Origin: Ostreococcus lucimarinus
Taxonomy: Eukaryota
Length of the DNA stretch: 64,000 nt
Reading direction: 5' to 3' (one strand)
Assembly (NCBI GenBank): GCA_000092065.1
Contig: CP000581.1
Positions 41,443-50,408 of this stretch are shown here, in pieces. A program made the translations under genes and the position numbers. Under the pieces are notes generated by a model. That model had not been told where the DNA came from. It ran no database searches and was given only the letters and a program-made list of their open reading frames with translations. The first letter of the stretch is position 1, and each line of letters begins with the position of its first letter.

Positions 41443-41654
41443 GACGACCGCGCGCGGTGGTGCGACGCGTCCGTGAATGCCGATTCGAGACGGACGACGT
41501 TTGAAAATTTGGATCTTCGAGCGGCGCGAGGACGCGCGCGAACGAGGGCTCGAATTCGCGCGCGGAGTCGACGCCGCGAGCGATGCGCGAAATAATGGGT
41601 TCGATAAACAAAGGATACGCGTCGAGAATGGGTTCGATCGCGAGAGAACGCGCG

Positions 41655-43898
41655 TCAGTAGCCGAGCTTTTTGTTGAGCGCGCTCGCGCCGTCGCCGGAT
41701 TGGTTCGCCGGGGCGGTCCAGTCGGAATCGTCGGCGGCGGCTTCGGCGTCGAATCTCGCGCCCGAGGAGGCATCAAGAAGGCGCTGGATGTCTGACATGA
41801 CGGTATCCTCCGCGGATGGTGCGGCCGCGTGTGATGGCGCGGCTTTGGTTGGGGGTTTGCGAATTTCCAAGCCGGCGCGCACTTGATGCGGCATCAAGAA
41901 ACCGTCATCGTCGTCGCGCACCACGGGTTCAGTCTCAGCGGCGGTATGTGCTTCAATCTCGCGCTCGGTCGGTGTGACTCGTTGTTCGACGTCTTCGACG
42001 ATCACTGGGCCTTCGTCATCGGCGTTATCGGCGTTATCGGCGTCATCTTCGACGACGGCGGCTTTCGCTTTCGCCGGCGCCGACGTTGAGGCGGGATCGA
42101 CGCCTCCCGTGAACTTTCGCTTCTCTTGCAAGTTACCTTGCTCTTCCCATTCCGCTTGCCGTCGCATCTCTGCGTCACGTTTCTTGCGCGCTTCGAGTTC
42201 TTCCGCTCGCTTCGCTTCGGCGATTTCGGCGCGTCGTTTTGCCTCCTCGGCGCGTTTCGCCTCCGCCTCCTCGGCGTGTTTCCGCATGGCGTCTCCTTTG
42301 GCCGATCCAGGACGGAATTCCTCGGTTGGGTCGGCGTACTTCAACAGTCGAGACACTCGCTCGAGTTCAGACACTTTTTCGGAGAGCGTCACGCGTAATC
42401 TCTCGACTTGAGACGTGAATTTCGACGCGCCAATTTCGTCCATGTACGCATCCAACGCGTCGCCGTCTGCCGAAAGTCCCGCCGTGCGCTGACGTTCGGC
42501 GAGCGCGGCTTCTTCGGTGACTTTGATGAGTTCTTCCGTTTCCGTGATCGACGTCTCAATCGCTGTGCGCTTGTCCCACAACGTAGCCGCCGTCTCTAGC
42601 GTTTTCGGTGCCGCCGCGCCTTGCGTGGATTCTTTCTTCGACTCTTTTCGACGCTTACGACTCGCGCTCGTCCGCGAACGGTCGTAAAAGTCGTCTTCAT
42701 CTCCACTCTGACCGTCTTCGTCGTCCGAGTTCGCTCGCGTGCCCCGACGTCGCTTGGACACCGCAGCTTGCAAACCCAAACTCACGCGCAACGATTCGTT
42801 GAGCGTCTCATCGGCGTCCTCGATCTCTTCTTGCAACGTCTCGATCGCGCGCTCGACCGCAGATATTCGCGTCGATTGCCCGGACGATAGCCCACCGTCT
42901 TGCTGCGACTCCTTGGCTCGAATTCGATCGACTTCTAGGCGCATGTTTGAGATCTTTTCCTCCTTGCGCCGAATGTTTTGCTTTTGCTTTTCCTGTTTAT
43001 CGCTAAATTTCCCATCGTGCGTGCGCCAATCCAGCTCTTCGATCGCGCGTTGACGCTCGTTGATTTCGTCATCGGCATCCATCATCCCCCAAGACGACCC
43101 AGCCTTTGCCGCAGCCTCTTGTTCGCGCGCCGCCGCGCGTTCCGCCTTCAACGCCGCCAGTTCGCGCTGCATCTCAGCCTCCGCCGCGGCTTCCAACGCC
43201 GCTAACGCCTTCATCTCTGCCGCACTCAGCCCTTCCTCTGGCATCAAGCTCTCATCGCCGTCTAAAATATACAATCTACTCGACTCGCCGAGCTTGATCT
43301 GATCGCCGACTCGAATCGGCGCGTGCACGCCCGGCTTGACGCGTCGCTTATTCACAAACGTCCCGTGCGCGCTCTCGCAATCGTACACGTACGCCTCTGT
43401 CCCGTTCGCCTTGAACTGAATCACGCAATGCAAACGTGACGTCGACGGGTGTTCGACGACGACGTCGCACGCCGGATGCCTTCCGAACGTCACGTGTCCT
43501 CGCGGCGCGTCTTCGCCTTCGCCTCGGTCCAGTCGCGTCCTCGACGCCAACGCGCCGCCCTTGACGCAATCGAGATAAAACTCGCGCGCGGGCGCCCCGC
43601 CCCACGCGGGCGCGTCGTACGTCTTCCCGAGCGGCGGCGCGGACGCGCGATCGCGCGCGTCCGCGCTCGGCGCGGCGGGCTCGACGTCCGGGGCCGCCCC
43701 ACCGGCGGCGTCCTTCGTCGGCTTCGCGCGCGGCGCCGGCGGTCGCATCATCGCGCGCGACCGCGCGAGGACGACGCTGAACGCTCGCGCGCGCTTCGCG
43801 CCGAACCGCGCGGCGAGCGACGGCGCGAACGATCGCGCGTCGGCGTGTCCCGCTCGCGCGCGGGCGAAAACATTCCAAATTCGCATTCGGGCCGTCAC
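41655..43898 (-). CDS. FHA-domain protein with long C-terminal coiled coil (kanadaptin/SLC4A1AP-like)
   Basis: FHA: HVTFGRHPACDVVVEHPSTSRLHCVIQF...YVYDCESAHGTFVNKRRV...IRVGDQIKLGESSRLYIL. Extended Glu/Arg/Ala/Lys heptad-rich tail. The real start is probably the internal Met (MMRPPAPRAKP). Confidence 0.75.
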   Translation of the reverse strand: MTARMRIWNVFARARAGHADARSFAPSLAARFGAKRARAFSVVLARSRAMMRPPAPRAKPTKDAAGGAAPDVEPAAPSADARDRASAPPLGKTYDAPAWGGAPAREFYLDCVKGGALASRTRLDRGEGEDAPRGHVTFGRHPACDVVVEHPSTSRLHCVIQFKANGTEAYVYDCESAHGTFVNKRRVKPGVHAPIRVGDQIKLGESSRLYILDGDESLMPEEGLSAAEMKALAALEAAAEAEMQRELAALKAERAAAREQEAAAKAGSSWGMMDADDEINERQRAIEELDWRTHDGKFSDKQEKQKQNIRRKEEKISNMRLEVDRIRAKESQQDGGLSSGQSTRISAVERAIETLQEEIEDADETLNESLRVSLGLQAAVSKRRRGTRANSDDEDGQSGDEDDFYDRSRTSASRKRRKESKKESTQGAAAPKTLETAATLWDKRTAIETSITETEELIKVTEEAALAERQRTAGLSADGDALDAYMDEIGASKFTSQVERLRVTLSEKVSELERVSRLLKYADPTEEFRPGSAKGDAMRKHAEEAEAKRAEEAKRRAEIAEAKRAEELEARKKRDAEMRRQAEWEEQGNLQEKRKFTGGVDPASTSAPAKAKAAVVEDDADNADNADDEGPVIVEDVEQRVTPTEREIEAHTAAETEPVVRDDDDGFLMPHQVRAGLEIRKPPTKAAPSHAAAPSAEDTVMSDIQRLLDASSGARFDAEAAADDSDWTAPANQSGDGASALNKKLGY

Positions 43899-43917
43899 AC
43901 GCGCGCGCGCGCCGGCG

Positions 43918-44643
43918 ATGCCCGTGGCGAGAAAGCTGTTCGATCAGAGCGACGCGTCGGCGCCGGCGCGAGCGCTCGAGCGCGCCGGATCGTCCGCGAC
44001 GCCGATCGCAGACGGCGAAAAGTCGGTACAGTTTAAAAAGATGACTTTGAACGGTGACGAGAGCGGCGACGACGCGGAAGGGACTCGACGGGTGTCGTTC
44101 GACGCGTCGTCGGAGATTTTAAGCCCGATCGCGAAGCGCGCGGGAGTTGAGGCGGCGGAAGCGGAGGAGACGACGCCGGCGTCGCCCCCGCTGCGACCGG
44201 CGGGCGCCGGGACGAGCGAGACGTCGTTTCGATTCGACGACGCCGCGAGCGATGAGTCGAAAGAGAACGCGGGCGCGAGCGATGACGATGCGATGAGTTT
44301 TGAGAGCGCAGACGCGAGCATGGCGGTGAACATGACGAGGGACAGCGAGAATATGACGTTTCAGAGCGCGGGATATCGTTCGGCGCTGCTCGATTTCTCT
44401 AGCGACGACGAGTTTTCGGCGAGCTCGAAACGGCGCAAGTTCAGGATAGGCGCCCTGCTTCGACCGATGTTGGCGTTCGCGGCCGGATTCGCGGTCGTGG
44501 CCGTGATCGCGATCGAGGTGGCCTCGTCGAGCGGCGCGAAGGAGGGCGACGCCAAGCGCGGCGCGAGGCGAAAGCAGACGTTTCGCGAACTGTTCACCGC
44601 CTCCAAGGGCAGCCAGTCGTCGAAGGACGCCGCCGCCGTGTAA
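43918..44643 (+). CDS. Hypothetical acidic protein with C-terminal transmembrane anchor
   Basis: 241-aa ORF. C-terminal hydrophobic segment LLRPMLAFAAGFAVVAVIAIEV. Confidence 0.45.
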   Translation: MPVARKLFDQSDASAPARALERAGSSATPIADGEKSVQFKKMTLNGDESGDDAEGTRRVSFDASSEILSPIAKRAGVEAAEAEETTPASPPLRPAGAGTSETSFRFDDAASDESKENAGASDDDAMSFESADASMAVNMTRDSENMTFQSAGYRSALLDFSSDDEFSASSKRRKFRIGALLRPMLAFAAGFAVVAVIAIEVASSSGAKEGDAKRGARRKQTFRELFTASKGSQSSKDAAAV

Positions 44644-44723
44644 CAAAGATACCGAGAGTAATATACATTACATCACAGACGCCGGCCGATCGCGATCGTC
44701 GCCGCGCGGCGCTGTCTGCGCGT

Positions 44724-44966
44724 CTACGCGTCTACGCGTTCGCCCCGCTCGCTCGCCTCCAGAGCCCGCGCGAGCTCCTTCAGCGCCTCGACGCGCTCGA
44801 TGACGCGCTCGACCGTCGCGTCGACGCGCGCGATGTCCCGCTCGCACGTCGCGATCGCGTCGCGCTCCGCGCGCGACCGCGCGCGCTCGAGCGCGTCGCA
44901 CAACTCGCGTCGTCGTCGCACCAACCGATGGCCGCGCTGAAGTTCGCGCGACGCGCGTCGCCCGAC

Positions 44967-44998
<32 letters not shown>

Positions 44999-45020
44999 CG
45001 AACGTCACCGTCGCCATCGT
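44724..45020 (-). CDS. Hypothetical small coiled-coil protein (low confidence)
   Basis: MATVTFASSSSSSS..ELCDALERARSRAERDAIATCERDIARVDATVERVIERVEALKELARALEA. Part of a longer Arg-rich track ORF (44724..45467) that looks artefactual upstream. Confidence 0.25.
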
Positions 45021-45130
45021 CGCGCGCGCCGCGCGCCGCGTGCCGCCGCGCGTCGGCGCCTGGCGTTCGGCTCGCGGAACGCCACAGACAACACCCAACC
45101 GCCGCACGCGCCGCACGCGGCGACGCGCGC

Positions 45131-45590
45131 CATGGACGACGACGACGTCGAGCGCGGGACGAAATCCGCGACGATCGCGGCGTCGGCGTCGTCGCCGCGC
45201 GCGGAGCGGCGCGCGCTGTTGCGCGAGGACGACGGTCGCGGTCGGGTCCAGGGTGTTGGACGACGCGCGGGGTGGCGACTCGCGGCGGTGTGCGCGCTCG
45301 CCCTGATCGGCGCGGGCGCGGCGGGATACGCGCTGGGGGCGTCGCATCGCGGGCACGGATTGCTCGCGTGGCGCGGGGGGCGACACGGGCATCACCACCA
45401 CCGGTCGTCGTCGTCGTCGGGGCGTCGGCACCGCAGTCGGCGCGGCGACGGCGAGCGGCGAGGACACCGCGACGCGGCGACGGCGGTGACGAGCGCGGAG
45501 GCGAGGGACGCGGCGAGAATCGGTGTGAAAGGGGCGTCGCGCTCGCGCGCCGCGGCGCTGGCGGCGGCGCCGGAATTCGAGCGCGCGTGA
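45131..45590 (+). CDS. Hypothetical small single-TM protein with His-run (low confidence)
   Basis: MDDDDVERGTK... with TM WRLAAVCALALIGAGAAGYALGA and HGHHHH. High GC3 in this frame. Confidence 0.3.
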
Positions 45591-45677
45591 AACGCGCGAA
45601 AACGCGTTGCGAACGATGGCGGCGCGAGTCGTCTAGTCTAGTTTTGTTAATCTTCAATGCCTATCGCGTGTTGCGTT

Positions 45678-47576
45678 TTACGTGTCGTCGCTCTTTGGCT
45701 TGGGTAGTGCCGGCTCGAACGTCACTTCTTGCTTCGTTCGCGGGTCTACGATTCGCACTCTGCTCGAGCTCGACGGCGTCGCGACGGTCGGCGGCGGAGC
45801 CTCGGCGACGTCGGATCCTTCGTTCTCGGGCTCGACGACCGCGGACACCGGTGGCTCCTCGTCCGCGGGTGTTTCGACCACGGTTGTTTCGTCGACGTCG
45901 TCGATGTAGTCTTCGAGATCAGACGGGACTTCGACGCGGCCGTCGTCTTCGATAAATTCCTCCTCACCCGAGTCGTATTCTTCTGCGCCGTCGTCGTCCG
46001 CCGCGGTCGAGGGTTCGTCATCATTCATGACGTCCTGCATTTCGATCTCTCGCGGCGCCGCATCGTCGGGCGGGGAGGTCGCCGGCGCAGCGCTCTCCTG
46101 CTGCGCCGTCTCTTCGACGCTCGGCGACGCCGTCGCGCCTGCGCCCTCCTCCTCCGACGACGACGACGACACATGCGTCGATCCATCTTCGGCAACCTTA
46201 CCTTCCTTGGCTTCCTTCCTCTTTTTCTTCGCACCCTTATCCTTCTTTTTCTTCTCCTTTTCCTTACCCTGCTCCGCGGGCGTCTTCTTTTGTGCACCGA
46301 ATCTTGATCGAGCCTCGATGAACGACTCGGACGTGAGCTTGGAAAACAAGCTTTGCTCTTCGTCTTGCACGAGCTCTTTGGCGACGTCGGAGCCGAACCA
46401 ACGGTGTAGAGTGCCGTACATGAGCAAGCACGTGAGACCGAACGACACCGCGGTGACCATCTGCATCCCCAACATCACCTCGTCGCACACCTGCGCCGTG
46501 GCGAGCTCTATCGTGTCGCTCATCGGCTGGCAGCTCCCCAAGCCTTCGTCGATGATGCCAAAGTCTGCTCCAAAGGATGTCATCGCCGCGTTCAACGCCG
46601 TCATGTACTGCGACGACGCGTACGCGCCTCCCAGATCTTGGACGTTGCCGATCGTCTCCTTCAGCTTGACGTTATCTGCGTGCAAATCTTGCAAATACTC
46701 TCCGAGCTCGTACCCAAAGCGCGGACACACGAAGTACAGCTGCACGTTTTCCGGCACCACGAACTCCACCATGGCTTCGTAGGAGTAGCACACCTCGGCG
46801 CCGATCACGCTCACGGGCCAATACACCGAAGTCATCAAGAAGCAATAGATGAGCGTGAACAACGGAAGCGCGCGAACGAAATACTCTGGCGTGACTCGTC
46901 CCGGCGCTCGCTTCCACCACTGCGACACGGGCGTCTTGCCGTGATGGGCGATGATGGGCACCACCGACGTCGTGAGCAACGAGATCAGCAGCAGCATCAA
47001 CAACGTCATCGACGTCACGTAAATCACCACGAACGTCTTCACCCACTTCAGCGACTCTAAATCCTGAATAAACTCGATCGAACCGCTGTGATGCAGCATC
47101 GCCTCCGTCACCGCCGTCAGCGCCGTCGCGATCGTCGCCGTCGCCCCGACATCGTTCGCCGTCACCGCTTCCCGGCGCAGCATCGTCAACGAATCATCCA
47201 TCGCCATGATCGGCGCCCCGATCGCCCGCATTCCGCTCTGTCCATTCTCCGCCCACGCCTCGATCGTCTTCAGCGTCTGCAGCCCGCCTCGAAATCCTTC
47301 AATCAATCCAATCAGCGCCGCCGGTATGAACGCCAGGATCACCCCGATCGTGATGATCGCGCGCGTCTTCGCCTCTTTTATGTTTGTGTTCTCGAATATC
47401 GTCCGGTTTTGCGCCGTGTACGTGCGATAGTACATCAAACATATTCCCGCCGCGACGACCCCGGGCGAGGCGTAGGTGACCGCGATGAGGACGCAGGACG
47501 TGCGCAAGCCGTACGCGGTGAAGTGATGGAACGGGAGCTTGTGCACGAGCTCGCGCATGTCGAGCACGTACGACAT
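45678..47576 (-). CDS. Five-TM integral membrane protein with long acidic C-terminal tail (topology resembles tweety/prominin-type channels; family tentative)
   Basis: TM pairs near the N-terminus and mid-protein, separated by large loops, with a fifth TM before a Glu/Asp-rich tail. Confidence 0.7.
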   Translation of the reverse strand: MSYVLDMRELVHKLPFHHFTAYGLRTSCVLIAVTYASPGVVAAGICLMYYRTYTAQNRTIFENTNIKEAKTRAIITIGVILAFIPAALIGLIEGFRGGLQTLKTIEAWAENGQSGMRAIGAPIMAMDDSLTMLRREAVTANDVGATATIATALTAVTEAMLHHSGSIEFIQDLESLKWVKTFVVIYVTSMTLLMLLLISLLTTSVVPIIAHHGKTPVSQWWKRAPGRVTPEYFVRALPLFTLIYCFLMTSVYWPVSVIGAEVCYSYEAMVEFVVPENVQLYFVCPRFGYELGEYLQDLHADNVKLKETIGNVQDLGGAYASSQYMTALNAAMTSFGADFGIIDEGLGSCQPMSDTIELATAQVCDEVMLGMQMVTAVSFGLTCLLMYGTLHRWFGSDVAKELVQDEEQSLFSKLTSESFIEARSRFGAQKKTPAEQGKEKEKKKKDKGAKKKRKEAKEGKVAEDGSTHVSSSSSEEEGAGATASPSVEETAQQESAAPATSPPDDAAPREIEMQDVMNDDEPSTAADDDGAEEYDSGEEEFIEDDGRVEVPSDLEDYIDDVDETTVVETPADEEPPVSAVVEPENEGSDVAEAPPPTVATPSSSSRVRIVDPRTKQEVTFEPALPKPKSDDT

Positions 47577-47673
47577 GGCGGCAGACGGCGGCGCTCCGCG
47601 ACGCGCACTGGGGATGGATGCAGGAGTGTTTTTTTAGTGTTACAGCGGCGCGAGGTGTTACCGCGAACCATGA

Positions 47674-48786
47674 CTACCCGCGGGTCGGCCTGCCTACGCG
47701 CCCGGACGATCGATCCGGCGCGCGGCGCAAAAACTCGTCCATCGCGAGCACGCGCATGTTCGTGTCGTCGACGCGCATCAGAACGTACGGTTTGGGCGAG
47801 CCCGGGACGACGCGCGCGACGCCGCTGGCGTCTCGCGTCTCGACGGCGTCGCCGCGCTCGGAACGAATCTCTAACAAGCGCACGCTCGGCCTGTGAACGT
47901 ACAGCGCGCCCGTGTCGGCGTCGAACGCGAACGTGGCGTCGCGACACCCCTTGATGATCGCTTTCAGTCTCAGCTTGCCGTGACTCAGGATGCGAAAGAG
48001 CAATACCCTGCGCGTCTCGTCGCCGACGGCGAAGCAGTCGCGCTCGGCGCAAATCTCAAATCTCGTGTACCGTCGCGGCGCGTCCACGAACGCGCAGTTC
48101 CACGTCGGCTTCTCTCGTTTCAGCGCGCTCACCTCATCCATATCCACGCCCTCGTACTCCCCCACCGCGTCCTCGCTCACGTCGGCGTCTCGGTCCACGA
48201 ATGTCTTCGCCACGCTCAGCGCCGTCGACGAAAACTTTCGTAACATCGCGAGTCCACCGCCGAGCGCCGTCTCGCGCTTCCCCGCGTCGTCGCTCGTCGC
48301 CGACGTCGACGCGATCGCCGCCCCTCCCACCGCGATCAGCGTCGTCGTCCCATCGTTCGCTCGCGCCGCGCCCGCGCACGCCGTCATCGGCGCCAGCCGC
48401 GGGAGCGTCCACCGCCGCGTCGCGCGTCCCGTCCTCGCGTCCCATCGCACGCACCGCTCGACGCTCGACGCGTACTCCCCGCACGCGCGAACGACGCGCG
48501 CGACGTCCACGCGCGTCTCCACGCCTCGAGTCGTCGCGACGTAGCCCGCGTCGTCGCCGACGACGACGCCCGTCGCCGTCGCGGCGCAGCACGCGATGGG
48601 GACGTCGCGCGCGAGCGCCGCCTCGCGCGCGTCCGACCGGCGCAGCGCGCGCGGGTCGCGACGCGAGCGGTAATACAGCGCGCCGTCGCGATACGCGACG
48701 CACTCGACGTCGACGTCGGCGCCGTCGAACGCGGCGGACATCGCGGTCTGGCGGTTCGCGTCGGCGTCGCGCGCGACCCGTAACAA
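47674..48786 (-). CDS. Hypothetical protein
   Basis: 370-aa ORF with diverse composition. The start may be an internal Met because a U6 gene begins 55 nt beyond the annotated ATG. Confidence 0.5.
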   Translation of the reverse strand: MLRVARDADANRQTAMSAAFDGADVDVECVAYRDGALYYRSRRDPRALRRSDAREAALARDVPIACCAATATGVVVGDDAGYVATTRGVETRVDVARVVRACGEYASSVERCVRWDARTGRATRRWTLPRLAPMTACAGAARANDGTTTLIAVGGAAIASTSATSDDAGKRETALGGGLAMLRKFSSTALSVAKTFVDRDADVSEDAVGEYEGVDMDEVSALKREKPTWNCAFVDAPRRYTRFEICAERDCFAVGDETRRVLLFRILSHGKLRLKAIIKGCRDATFAFDADTGALYVHRPSVRLLEIRSERGDAVETRDASGVARVVPGSPKPYVLMRVDDTNMRVLAMDEFLRRAPDRSSGRVGRPTRG

Positions 48787-48840
48787 CGCGCGCGCGCGCG
48801 CGCGCGACGCGTGACCTCCGAAAACGGTCCCATATATTAC

Positions 48841-49051
48841 GTCTTATCTTCGGATATGACACCTGATAAACTGGAAAAAAATACAGAGAAGATTAGCATG
48901 GCCCCTGCGCAAGGATGTGAGTGTTCGCTCGGACGCTCGCGCCGCGCACGCTCGGACTCGAGCGACGACGCCTATGCGCGGCGACTGACGGTCGCGTCGC
49001 GCGCGAATCGCAGGACACACAATAACTCAAGAAAAGTTACACGTTTTTTTT
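48841..49051 (+). ncRNA. U6: U6 spliceosomal snRNA gene interrupted by a 97-nt mRNA-type intron (exon 1 48841..48916, intron 48917..49013, exon 2 49014..~49051)
   Basis: Exon 1 GTCTTATCTTCGGATATGACACCTGATAAACTGGAAAAAAATACAGAGAAGATTAGCATGGCCCCTGCGCAAGGAT has the 5' stem-loop with TTCG loop, the ACAGAGA box and the AGC triad. Intron GTGAGT...CTGAC(48985-48989)...CAG. Exon 2 GACACACAATAACTCAAGAAAAGTTACACG + T8 terminator. The spliced RNA matches plant and human U6 (..GCAAGGAU|GACACGCA..). Confidence 0.8.
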
Positions 49052-49083
49052 GATTCGATTCGATTCGATTCGACGCGATTCGC
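49052..49083. repeat. (GATTC)n microsatellite immediately after the U6 T-run
   Basis: gattcgattcgattcgattcgacgcgattcg. Confidence 0.9.
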
Positions 49084-49394
49084 GTCCGACGACCCGCAGA
49101 CGACGACGGACGTCCGGCACCACGACGCGCACGCTCGGATCGTTCGTGCGCGCGGCCGCCGCGCGCGCGCTCGTGCGAAGCGCGCTTCGCGTCGCGCGAG
49201 GCGCGCCGGACGAGGGCGCGCGACGCGCGATTCGCGACGAAATCCGTCGGCACGCCGAGTCGAACGCGTCGGCGGCGTCGCGCGGCGGCGCGTCGGAGGC
49301 GTCGCGCGCCGCGCACGCGATGAGCGAGGGACGGCGACGGTTGAAGGAGCTCGAGGAGATGATGCTGATGGTGAGGTAGGGGACGCGCGCGACG

Positions 49395-50378
49395 ATGGGG
49401 GCGGCGGCGGCGGCGCGCGGACGCGTCGCGGCGCTGGCGCGACACGCGGGCGCGACGTTCGAGCTCCCGACGCGCGCGATCGAGATCGCGGCGACGGCGG
49501 GCGAGGGCGGGGGTAACGTGACGCTGTTCGCGAACGCGCGCGTGGGTCGAAACGCGCGCGTCGTGGAGACGCCGTTCGCGTCGTGGGCGACGAGGAGCGC
49601 GACGTTCGCCGAACGCGCGGGACCTCGAGACTTTTTAGCGGCGTTTGAACCGGGCACCGTGCGCGAGACCGTGGCGCTGATGATGCACACGCTGAGCGAA
49701 AAGAAAGCGGACGAGTCAGCGTCGTCGTACGCCGCGAGTTGTCTGCCGGAATCGTTTCGGTTCGTCGACGCGTGCCTGAACGAAGCCGACGTTCAGGCGT
49801 TGGCTGGTACGGAGACGGAGTCGCGCGCGCGTTCGCGCGGTGAATTCGTGAGAAAGCTATCGGCGATGTCGAAGATCCCTGTCGCCGACATCGCGTGGGC
49901 GCTCGGCGCGGTGTCGTCGCGCGCGATGAAATCGGCGGCGGTGCCAGAATTCGCGCTCGTGCCCGGATGCGATTTATTAGACCATCACCCGCAACCGAAC
50001 TGCGAGGTGCGCCGAGACGGCGGGTCGACGCCGGACGTGTACGTTGCGACGACGAGAGACATCGCACCGGGCGAAGCGCTCACCATAAGCTATGGCAATC
50101 TCGGAAACGATCGCGCGTTGCGAATGTACGGCTTTAGCGACGCGGCGTTCTTTAAGAACGACACGCGACGAAGCGGTGTCCATCCGTCGAACGAGTCGGC
50201 GTTCGCGAAAACGCTCGACGCGCAATCTCTAGATGAATGGCTCGCGGACCGATCGTCGTGGTGTCGCGACGTTCCGGGACAAAAGGGCGAGGACGACGAG
50301 TGGTTTCGACACGTCTCGATTTTGCGCCGCGGGCAAACGGAAATCATAGACGCGTACGTGCGAGCGCTAGATTGCTAG
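49395..50378 (+). CDS. SET-domain protein-lysine methyltransferase (Rubisco LSMT/SETD3/SETD6-like)
   Basis: ALVPGCDLLDHHPQPNCEV...GEALTISYGNLGNDRALRMYGF is the SET core with the C-terminal YGF motif. Confidence 0.8.
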   Translation: MGAAAAARGRVAALARHAGATFELPTRAIEIAATAGEGGGNVTLFANARVGRNARVVETPFASWATRSATFAERAGPRDFLAAFEPGTVRETVALMMHTLSEKKADESASSYAASCLPESFRFVDACLNEADVQALAGTETESRARSRGEFVRKLSAMSKIPVADIAWALGAVSSRAMKSAAVPEFALVPGCDLLDHHPQPNCEVRRDGGSTPDVYVATTRDIAPGEALTISYGNLGNDRALRMYGFSDAAFFKNDTRRSGVHPSNESAFAKTLDAQSLDEWLADRSSWCRDVPGQKGEDDEWFRHVSILRRGQTEIIDAYVRALDC

Positions 50379-50408
50379 GTGTATCAATTAGTAGAAATTT
50401 TGCTGGTG

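Noticed and set aside
48841-49051. Possibility that the U6-like sequence is a truncated U6 pseudogene rather than an intron-containing gene
   Set aside because: Not adopted. Canonical U6 sequence resumes exactly at the predicted acceptor. The interruption carries the same GTGAGT/CTGAC/CAG signals as bona fide introns here. A Pol III T8 terminator follows exon 2. Confirmation by transcript data is still needed.
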